A DNA stretch of 60,450 nucleotides, counting the filler, from Hausera hauseri (Eukaryota), in assembly GCA_046269625.1 (NCBI GenBank). It is 11 parts of 11 records of this genome, joined end to end, with 100 filler letters (N's around TTAATTAATTAA, not from the genome) between each part and the next. Parts side by side here need not be neighbours in the genome. Positions count along the whole stretch, not along the records: positions 1 to 5,101 come from JBJURY010335048.1; positions 5,202 to 9,211 come from JBJURY010822640.1; 9 more parts are not named here. One strand, written 5' to 3'. The position numbers were made by a program, and so were the translations under genes. The notes under the pieces are model-generated. The model worked only from the letters and a program-made list of their open reading frames with translations. It was not told the DNA's origin and made no database searches. How positions within the stretch are numbered: the stretch's first letter is position 1; the number at the start of each line of letters is the position of its first letter. This document shows, in pieces, positions 1 to 9,311 of this stretch.

Positions 1-558
1 TTTTCGGTAGAATAAGTCATTTTGTTTATGCATGATGGAATTATTTTACGCGATCATTTGTCACAGAACTCCTATATAAGCAGTGATTTTATTTGCCAAA
101 ACAGAACAAAAATTGATTTCCATCTTATGAAATGAGTTCACGTAAGCATAATATTGTTGATCTATACGTTTGATTGTTGAATTATTTTATTTTTTTAATA
201 TTATTTTTATTGAGTAATAATACGTATTTGATAAGAGTTCTCGTTGTGGTTTATCAAGTAATATAAATAATTAAGTAATTTCATAATTAACGTGGATAAA
301 TTCTTCGTCCAGGTTAAAACTACCTGAGGGAAGCCAAAATAATTTCTAAATAAAGTATAGGATATTAATCAGTAAGTGAGTAAGTGAGTAATTGACATCG
401 GTGTAATTACTTTCCTTGTAACATATTACTTTCGTACAGCTAGGTAAGAACTACCATAATCTATCCCAGGAATAAAAGAAAGAATTGTTCTACTCATTAA
501 TTGACAAAGGCACGATTTTAATTGTAGTTATAAGGATTACATTAGTGAGTACTGAACA
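1..558 (+). repeat. 5' LTR (5'-truncated) of Gypsy-type element A
   Basis: AT-rich non-coding stretch with TATATAAG near 73. It ends in ...CTGAACA (558), 3 nt before a PBS and upstream of gag. Confidence 0.6.
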
Positions 559-561
559 AAC

Positions 562-574
562 TGGTGCCGTGACC
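562..574 (+). promoter_or_regulatory. Primer-binding site complementary to tRNA-His 3' end
   Basis: TGGTGCCGTGAC is the reverse complement of the conserved tRNA-His end GTCACGGCA-CCA, positioned between the LTR CA and gag. Confidence 0.85.
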
Positions 575-708
575 CCGGAGCAATTTAATTAATAGGCCCT
601 TAGATTACCGGTAGCAAGATAACGACAAGAAAAGGATCAGTGTACCAACCAGAATAAAACGTACCCTTTGGATTAGAGTATATACGAAATTTAAGCGAAG
701 AAGAACCC

Positions 709-1974
709 ATGTCAAACCACAATGTGGAGCAGGTTATTTAGTCAAAGGCGGACTTCACCTTACCCACAAAGAAGTTTTCAGGAAAAGAAGATATACAAGA
801 TTTCATGATGGAATACGAGGTATATTCCAAAAGTTTTGGCTGGGACGACAAGCAAAGAATGGAAAGATTACCACTTCATTTAAAAGTAACGGCTCTCATG
901 ATCTATTTCCAAATGCCCGAGGAAGACAGGAAGGACTGGAAAGGGATTAAAGAAAAGCTGTCTCAAAAGTTTCTGATAGATCCCTCAAGAAAAGGGAGAA
1001 TCGAAGAATTTATAAGAAGGAGGCAACGTAAAGACGAAACAGTCCAGGACTTTGTCTGCACATAGGAGAAACTTGCAGCGAGAGCATATCTTGACGTTAC
1101 GATACAAAACAATGCATTGTTAACCCAGTTTCAATACGGATTAGAGGAAAGATTAAGGACGATAATCTCACAAGCAGACCCACGTACCTTTCAGAAAGCA
1201 ATAAGAAAGTCGCGAAAAGCCGAACGGGATGCGGAATTGCATAGGTGGAATAAGTCTAAAAGTAATAATAATAGCTACGATAAAAGAAGAAAAAACAGTA
1301 CGCAAAAATATCAACGTTATGAAAGAAATAGAAACCCCTCACAAACGTCAGCCACCGAAGCTGAATCAGATGGAGAAAAGAAAGTGAGATTCAATTTACG
1401 GAACGATGGAGAAAAAGCAAGTTAAAAGAAGAAATATAAGAAAGATGGAAGATCTCTACCGAATATAGATTCCGAAGGAAGATTAAAATGTTTTAATTGC
1501 AATAAATGTGGACATATAGCTAAATCATGTAGATCACGTAAAAGGGACTCCTCAAAACCAAGTAATAAGAGTAAGAAAATGAAGGATAATGTATCAGCTA
1601 CGTTGGACGAATCATCCGACAGAGAATACGAAAAGGAGGATAGTGCTAGTGAACAAAAAGTTAAAAAGAAAGATAAGAAGAAAGAAAGTACTAACTATAT
1701 AAATGATTCACTACCCCCACATATGAAGAATCAATTAGAAATAGAAATGAAGGAGTATAAAAGACAACAACAAAGGTTGAAAGAAAGTAATATCTACATG
1801 GTAGGAGATCAACCGGAGAAACAGACATCTCGTAAAGGAAGAAAGAAAAGTAATAAGAAAATAATCGACATAGATGTCGAGTTAAGAGAGACGTCGACAG
1901 AAAGGGAAGAAGTAGGAAAGGGAAAAAGAAGAGGAAGAAAGAAGAGTAATCTCAGTACACCTTCCCTTAGTTAG
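709..1974 (+). pseudogene. gag: Ty3/Gypsy gag with CCHC zinc knuckle, interrupted by in-frame stops
   Basis: Single frame: PTKKFSGKEDIQDF..GWDD..L, RRQRKDETVQDF, QFQYGL and knuckle CFNCNKCGHIAKSC (1489-1530). Stops at 739, 1063 and 1423. Confidence 0.85.
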
Positions 1975-3233
1975 GAGGAAACCGAAGCTTCACCAATTTT
2001 CGATGCTACGATATTGGACCAAGTAATAAGGAATCCTGGGGTAGACTTAGACGAAGAAGATGATATTATAGAAGCTGTAATGATCATTGATCCCAATAAT
2101 ATAGTTGACGTAGACAAAACAACCACGACGATATTAAAAATAATTACCAGCAATATAACGGCGGAAAGAATAAAGGAAATTTTACCTCAATTGGTATTAT
2201 TAGCCCAAGATATCAGTCATGTGAAAGAGATAGCCAGAACGGTTTTAGCCAAAGCGGCTGAAGAAGAGAAAAGAAGAAATGAAGCTATCAGGGTAACGAT
2301 AAAAGAAGGAAATCAAGATATGAGGGTCATCCGGATGAACGAAATCGATGACATACAAACATTAAGAGAAAGGATATAGGAGCTGGAACCATTTTATCAA
2401 GGCAGTCCTTATGGATTAAGTTATTGCGGCAGAACAGTAAATGGTTACGATAGACTACTGAAAATTGGATGCAGAAGTGAGAAGTATAATCCGATAAATA
2501 TAACTGAAATACATCCAGAGGTAAGAGCGCAAGCAACAGTGGAAGATATCATAAGAGAACTAGAACGGTTGGAAGTAGAAAACCCCATGGGTGGTACACA
2601 AGACGTCACGGTCCAAACGGAAGCCAAGAGAAGAGGCAGGCCAAGAGGAACGAAAATAAGCGATATTCGCAACAGAAAACATAAAAATGAAGAAATAGTA
2701 AGACGTTTATTACTAGCAGGAACAGATGGTACTCCCGAATCGGTGGACATAGATCTATTATTAAGAACGTTATTGGCTAAGATGCATACATCATTTGCCT
2801 CGTTTGACATGCAAGCAATAATCCCAGATGAAGTATTCAATACATTAAGTAATAGTATGCTCCGAATAAACAGACAATTTTATGAGAATCTGGAGGAAGA
2901 AAGGATAAACGAGCTACACGAATTAGATATTCTGGAAAAAATGCTTGCTTCAGGATTTACACGAGAAAAAGCTCAAACGGCTATATTTTATTTATTATAT
3001 AAGATAATAGTAATTAACCATCAGACCCAAATTTAGAGAAGATCGAACTAAATATCAAGACAGTCGTGAAGATTTTGAAAGATACTTTGGGAAATTGGGC
3101 TCAATGTAGATGTGGCTGGCTGAACAATTTGATGACTAATGTGACGATGACAGAAGAACGAGAAAGAATAATAAATAGACCAGTTAGAACCCAACCAACC
3201 ACTACCAGATCGGGTATAACAGGCACGTCAATA
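1975..3233 (+). pseudogene. Unknown ORF2 between gag and env, with AT-hook-like KRRGRPRG
   Basis: Same frame as gag to 3036 with one stop (2377), then an apparent shift into the env frame (LEKIELNIKTVVKILK...). No protease, RT, RNase H or integrase motif seen. Confidence 0.55.
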
Positions 3234-4931
3234 ATGGAGATTATACAAATTTTATTGATAACATCATTGCTGATGCCAAAAGCCGTAGGTATAGTGGCGT
3301 ATAATTGCTCTAAACCCAGTGAGGGACAAAAGTATTCTCTAGATGACTTAGAAAAATGCATAAATGCTGATCCAGAACAGTTAATAACTACTAGTGGCCT
3401 TACATATTGGGTGTACCAAGAGTCCGAATTCATAAAAACAAAAATTAGGGAATGTTACGTGAAAAGATCGTTCTTTCTATTTTATTGTAACTACTATTCG
3501 GGAAATTCGGCCATAATTGAGCCTACAACGCCTTTTGAGCCCATAATAATATCTCGAGCAGAGTGTCAAGATGCTTTTAAGATTGGCATTATAACTATAC
3601 AAAATGCACACATACCGGCAGTGAGGAATAGAATAAAGTACAAAGGGATTTTCAGAGCGAGAAGGATAGACAAAACAATGGAAGGAACCTGTAAAGGAGT
3701 GGATTATGATGTCGGAGGTACCATTGCGCCTAGAACAGTAGCCATAGAAGATTATCAGGTACAACTGGAAGAATATGAAGGATTATTTGATTCTCAGACA
3801 AAGTTAATGACAACTTTGAGTGACTGCGAATACGACAATGGTGAATGTGATACAGGAGAGTCAAAAATGACATGGGAGACTCTAGCAAGTAAATGCCAAT
3901 TGACACTGTTAAAGGAAGGCAAGTTTAACAAGACAGTGGGAAAGACAGGGGAAAAAGAAACGGCGATGTATAAAGAAGGAACAAAGGAAGTCAAGATGAC
4001 AGAAGTAGCTACAATTGTATACTCAGGAAATCCCGAAGGAATGATGAGATTTAAAGTTACGGGCGTGACAAATAAGTGTGGAGAAGAAATATCCAAGACC
4101 AATTATAAAGGTATCTTCATATCGAGAAAAGAAATACCCGGAGCGAAAACGAAAATAGAAAAAAAGGATATCAAGTTGACCCAATATTTCGATAACAAGA
4201 TCGATTTTCTGATTAATTACATAAGAAAGGAAATTAGGGATTTATATCGGGAGATTATAATGAACGAATGCAAGCTGAACTATGAAATAATGCGTAATAA
4301 AATGGCATTGGTGATAACAAACCCGGATATGATAACGCCAATACTACCCTTCGGTGATGGAGTTATTGGAAGAGTGATGGGAGAGGTTTTGATAACAATA
4401 GAATGTAAGAAGGTAAAAGTAGCAATCAGACCCACGAAAGAATGCACAATGGACCTACCTGTCGTTTACCAATCAGAAGCACGGTATGTTACGCCAGTGA
4501 CAAGAATACTTCTCGATGTTAACATAAAACCCACTTCACTCTACAATTGTACTTTTAATATGTCACCAATGTTCAAAATTGATAATGATAAATGGATAAG
4601 GATGCCGAAAAGAGAACCAGTGTCGAAACCGGAGACATTAAGTTTGATTAACTTACAAAGGAATCATAAGTTCGAGTCATTAACAGGAATATCACAGGAA
4701 GGAATTTATACCCAACAAAATTTGGAAGATTATAGACGGATGTTGTTATTTCCACAGCAAGGACAGCCAGTAATAACCGAATTAACGCGGAGAGTAATGT
4801 GGGACGGTGAAGGGTCCCCACAGTGGAAAAACCTGATGGGCAAGGACTATCAAAAGAAAGTAACACAAAACGTGATGGGAAAAATGTGGGGAAGGTTCCT
4901 ATATTACGGAATACAGCTTTTGGGTTTCTAG
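3234..4931 (+). CDS. env: Chuvirus (Jingchuvirales)-like envelope glycoprotein; TM region disrupted
   Basis: Signal peptide MEIIQILLITSLLMPKAVG followed by IVAYNC. Cys-rich ectodomain. Block YFDNKIDFL..LY....ECKL..GEVL...C..V.V.IR...C..DLPV....YVTPVTRIL resembles chuviral G/EVE proteins. Open to 4931. Confidence 0.8.
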   Translation: MEIIQILLITSLLMPKAVGIVAYNCSKPSEGQKYSLDDLEKCINADPEQLITTSGLTYWVYQESEFIKTKIRECYVKRSFFLFYCNYYSGNSAIIEPTTPFEPIIISRAECQDAFKIGIITIQNAHIPAVRNRIKYKGIFRARRIDKTMEGTCKGVDYDVGGTIAPRTVAIEDYQVQLEEYEGLFDSQTKLMTTLSDCEYDNGECDTGESKMTWETLASKCQLTLLKEGKFNKTVGKTGEKETAMYKEGTKEVKMTEVATIVYSGNPEGMMRFKVTGVTNKCGEEISKTNYKGIFISRKEIPGAKTKIEKKDIKLTQYFDNKIDFLINYIRKEIRDLYREIIMNECKLNYEIMRNKMALVITNPDMITPILPFGDGVIGRVMGEVLITIECKKVKVAIRPTKECTMDLPVVYQSEARYVTPVTRILLDVNIKPTSLYNCTFNMSPMFKIDNDKWIRMPKREPVSKPETLSLINLQRNHKFESLTGISQEGIYTQQNLEDYRRMLLFPQQGQPVITELTRRVMWDGEGSPQWKNLMGKDYQKKVTQNVMGKMWGRFLYYGIQLLGF

Positions 4932-4937
4932 CTATAT

Positions 4938-5101
4938 AGTAGGGGGAAAATGGCGGTTCTGGCCCACGCCGGGGGGGGTGTAATCGATAAATCGATTTCG
5001 CACATGTGCCGATCGATGGTGCACACTGTGCCTTATCGATCCATAAAGTGCCTAGCAACGGTGCCGCTAGGCACTGTTGCTAAGGGCACTTTTGCACTTT
5101 T
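4938..5101 (+). mobile_element. Maverick/Polinton-type terminal inverted repeat inserted at the end of env
   Basis: Starts AGTAGGGGGAAAATGGCGG. Homologous to the reverse complement of 20665-20828. AG-start termini are typical of Polintons. Confidence 0.6.
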
Positions 5102-5201
5102 NNNNNNNNNNNNNNNNNNNNNNNNNNNNNNNNNNNNNNNNNNNNTTAATTAATTAANNNNNNNNNNNNNNNNNNNNNNNNNNNNNNNNNNNNNNNNNNN
5201 N
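5102..5201. other. Artificial scaffold linker (also 9212-9311, 14339-14438, 19205-19304, 24224-24323, 28404-28503, 36723-36822, 41153-41252, 48901-49000, 55686-55785)
   Basis: Identical 100-nt N44-TTAATTAATTAA-N44 with stops in all six frames. Confidence 0.99.
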
Positions 5202-6019
5202 GGTCATTTCGCATGTACATTCCTGCATTTGGACATTAATTTTCAAAATTTGTTACTGTTAATTCTTAGAGTGTACTTCTGTAGGTATTTGTGTATCAAC
5301 AGACTAGCTTAGCCTTTTTAAAACCTTTTGTCCTTCGCTACCTTGACCTGACATAAATCATAGCTGTCCTTTGTACAGACAATTCTTACACATCGTAACA
5401 ATGAGCCAAAAACCGTTTGTCAAACCGCAATGGCACTCGCAGCATAAAGCCATGACACGTAGCTTGAAAATAGGTAGAATAAAAATAATATGACATGTAA
5501 AGGGAGACAGCCAAAACAAATACATAATTATATCTAATTAATCCCATCTTGTCCACACATCAATAAAAATAATAAATGAAATATGAAAGTTAGAATATAA
5601 TGTACATTTGCGTAAATATTTAAACCCTGAGCAGAGTTACCTGATAAGTATCCATGCGTGACGTGCTTGACAAATCTATCTTCTTTTCGTGTTTCCCTTC
5701 AGTTCTCTTACACATCAAAGGAGAACATATTTAACAAAAGCTAACCATCTCTACTTTTGTTTCGGTATTAAATTTAAGACAACAATTTTAAAACATTTGA
5801 TACAGTATTGTGAAAAAGAAATACGGGAGAGGTAACTCAAAACGTGAACGCGTTTGTAAGCAAAAACAAATATAAGTCCAGTATAATCATTAAATAAATA
5901 AGTGAACCCAGGCTCACAAGACCTGGGATATAATTAAATTCTCTCAACTCATTGTTCCAACAGCGAGTGTAGCGTGTTCACGCTTAAAGCCAAATAACAT
6001 TATTGCCGTAATGGAACAA

Positions 6020-6237
6020 AGTGTTAGTGTAGTCAGTTTACTTGGTTTTCAGCTTGTTATGAGTGGAGACACTATCGCCCTTCCAGGCAGCTCTACTTTC
6101 CCAAGTTGTACTCCGGTACCCATTTCAGGCAGACTGAACCGAATATCGATCGTCTGGAAACAAACACAATTCTCTGGGAATTGAACCCCCATAACTGGTT
6201 CGGCTGGTGATTGCACAAACCACTATGCCACCGCGGC
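6020..6237 (-). mobile_element. tRNA-derived SINE with Nin/Deu-like core
   Basis: Minus strand: A-box GGTGGCATAGTGGTT (6232-6218), B-box GGGTTCAATTCCC (6188-6176), then GAAATGGGTACC (6126-6115), resembling the conserved Nin/Deu SINE motif. Confidence 0.7.
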
Positions 6238-7021
6238 ACACTACGCGAGTTCCGGCTCACGGTCTCAATAATTCTATTTTGCCTTTCCTTTGAGAATGCA
6301 GCTTTGTTTCTTCACCGTTTTCTCGCACAACTCCATTATTCTAAGGCAGCTTATTCGGTCTTATCTTCGCCACTGAATCTCTCAGACAAAACGACGACAC
6401 AACTGACATGTGATTGTGTAGGGTGAGTTCAGGGTGTCCAGTGGGGAAGATATCCATTACAAATGCCTCGTAGATCCAGCGAAATGACCAGAGAATGTAA
6501 GGTGCTATTACAAGTTGATTGCCGTTAGCTAGGGATAGAAATCAACAATCTTATTGTCTTATCGGAAATCTGTGTGGACAACCAAAGGATAAGCAAGTAA
6601 GCCCTACATAATGCCCGCTGAAGTAATGTTCACCATACCCTTAGTACAAAGTAATAAACAGAAGTGCAAAGCAAGTGCCGCTCATACGTTCATTTCCTCC
6701 AGAAATGCCAATTATACGAGACAATCAGACCTGTGATAAAGTTCATCCCAAGCTCACCGCCAATGTAAGAGAAACTGATTTCGATATGTGAGTGAAAGAC
6801 GAAGAAGAAGCCAAGACAATGTGAGGTCTCTTGTACTTTCGCAAAGCTACAGTCTCTGCAACTACCGGAGAAATGGTTCGTCGCTATGGAGGCGATTATA
6901 AACTAATACAAATATACATTCCGTTTCCAAAAGAATAAGTTTATCGTTGCTTGATTTAATTTAGTTTATTGACCATCATTAATGTGAATCGAATCCATTC
7001 CATTAAGTAATAGGACCATCT

Positions 7022-9211
7022 TGGTAGCAGTCTTATGGATATTGGTGACGTCCACGAACTGCGTAGCACCGTCAGTTTAATTTTTCTCAAGCATTTTATC
7101 ACCACAATTTACACCTGGACGCAGATTCGCTATTTTCCTCTTTCCAATTGCCGGAGGATTTATAATGTTGGAAAATTTTACTGGGAAAAGTTCGACTAAG
7201 ACACCAAATGTAGATATACCATTTGCTGCAGAATTTTACTCAATCAAAAATTAAAAGAAACCTTCGAAACTTTGGAATACGTTGTCAAACAAGCAATATG
7301 AAGAAAAATCTCTGATAGATTATAAACCGAATGTAATTATCTCCGGTCCATCAGCTAATGCAACATCAATTAAAGAACAAACATTCTTAACAGAAAATTC
7401 TCAGTCAAGGAAATCGCCAAAACCACCATCCAAAGCCGAGAACCCGAATATTTCCGTCTCGGGTGAGTCAAATGTTTTAGTCGATATCGTATTCTCAAAA
7501 GCACAGGTGAACAGCAAACCAAGAAGATCCACTGAATCAAAAGAATCGACAGATCATTCATCATTCGAATACAAATCCATATGTCACAGAATAAAAAACC
7601 AAACGTTTTGCCAAACTTACTCAAAACAAAATGCATCATAAAGCGATTTGTTTAGACAATGATGATTGAGTTGAAAATTAGTAAAAATCCATTATCGAGA
7701 CCGTATTCGATGGAAAAGAAAATGACAAAACTTTTCGAGGATCCAGAATTGAATACTCATAACTGGCATGGTGCCATAAAGAAGGCCAAAAAATGATCGT
7801 AGAAATCGTTTAATTGATTATAAGTGTGAACATCGATAGTGGTACAAGGGATATGGTCGAAATTGTAGCGATTCTAGGTGAATTGACGAACGAACTGTTG
7901 AGAACTTGTGCACTGGTGGTGTCTGTTACACTGAAAACGAATTCTCTGAATTTAATTTGTATAGAAGTCATCGAGGAAACCATAACTGACATAATGAAGC
8001 GAAATGCAACTTTAATGCTCTATCAAATACAAATGATCGTACAAACTGCCCCTTTATCAAACAGCAGTGTCAAAGTTCTAAATGAAACTCAAATCACAAA
8101 TTACGAAGGGTATATATTTAAATTCAAACTCAATGTGGATTTAATGAGACATCTTATTATGGACCAATCAATGAATAATATGCTTCGGCACCGGAAAACG
8201 AATCGGGATTTTGTTGGAAGACTTGAGAAAAATGTAGCAGATTTACAAAACACTGTTGACAAATTGTTTCAAAAGCAAAAGTGTTTCTGTAGTAAGACGA
8301 TTGAACGTCGTCTGAAACCGATAGCTCAACGAATTAGATCAAAATTATTCGAAGAATTCTGTGAAAAAGTAAAGGAAATTGTGAGATTAACAATACAAAG
8401 CAGTTTGGCTTTGGACAATACTGTGAGAGCTTGCAGTTTTTACGAAAATGACAATCTTGGTTTAAGTGACACTTTATTGGAGTTTATTGAAAAATCGAAT
8501 CAAACCTGTGACAATTTTGATTGCTATGTCAATAAAACAGCGGTCATAAATAAAGCTATTAGCGCATTTCAGAGAATGTCTTCGGATGACCTGGATATGG
8601 CCGACTTTGCATTTGCAAATAACGGAGGGCAGGTGTTAGAATAACTTACCAGTCCTTCACTTTTCAGTAAGATAATTTTGGATGATAAAAAACTCCCAGA
8701 ACGAAGTTACTTTGTTTGGAACATATTTTTATCAGACTTTAAAAAGTGGGTCAAAAGTTTAAATTTTATTCACAAAAGAAAACTACACCCTGCGGTCTGT
8801 TGGAAATTCTACGGAAGTCGTGGATTTACAGTTTTGAAATTTGCTAGCAATATTCGGATTACTTTTATAACACTTAAACACATGCACTCAACAATTTCGA
8901 ATAAACTTGATTTTCCACACGCAGTAAAGGACTTTGAAATATTGAATCTTCAAAATAATCTTTCGGACAATCTTCAAAAGTCAGTTGCAACCTATACAAT
9001 TCCTTCATTAACAAAATTGACAATGGGAGATTTAAGACAAGAGATCAGCAACGTATCCGATGAGTACGAATCAATGATAAATGACATTGTTTTTACTAAA
9101 CACACGATAAAGAATGTTCGTAAAACTTTGCAATAACTGAAAGAAAAATTTCGAAGAACCAGATTGCATACAGAATTAGCTCATGGTTCGGCAGCTCAAT
9201 TTCATCCTTCT
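7022..9211 (+). pseudogene. Degenerate long ORF of unknown function, possibly ORF1 of an LTR element
   Basis: ORF pieces 7282-7641, 7814-8644 and 8678-9136 (the last two in one frame). Preceded by CA..TGGTAGCAG (7022-7030), a short match to the initiator-Met tRNA PBS. Confidence 0.35.
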
Positions 9212-9311
9212 NNNNNNNNNNNNNNNNNNNNNNNNNNNNNNNNNNNNNNNNNNNNTTAATTAATTAANNNNNNNNNNNNNNNNNNNNNNNNNNNNNNNNN
9301 NNNNNNNNNNN

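Noticed and set aside
709-3036. Alternative genetic code (TAA/TAG read as sense) suggested by in-frame stops
   Set aside because: Host genes end in TAA and have no internal stops. Other elements show ordinary mixed decay.
3025-3036. Programmed -1 frameshift at AAATTTA
   Set aside because: The heptamer is not in the ORF2 reading frame. An indel is the simpler explanation.
5146-5157. TTAATTAATTAA recurring about every 4-8 kb
   Set aside because: Artificial six-frame-stop linker inside N runs. Adjacency across linkers is not biological.
6170-6237. tRNA gene
   Set aside because: Has A and B boxes but no acceptor stem or cloverleaf, and continues into a SINE body.
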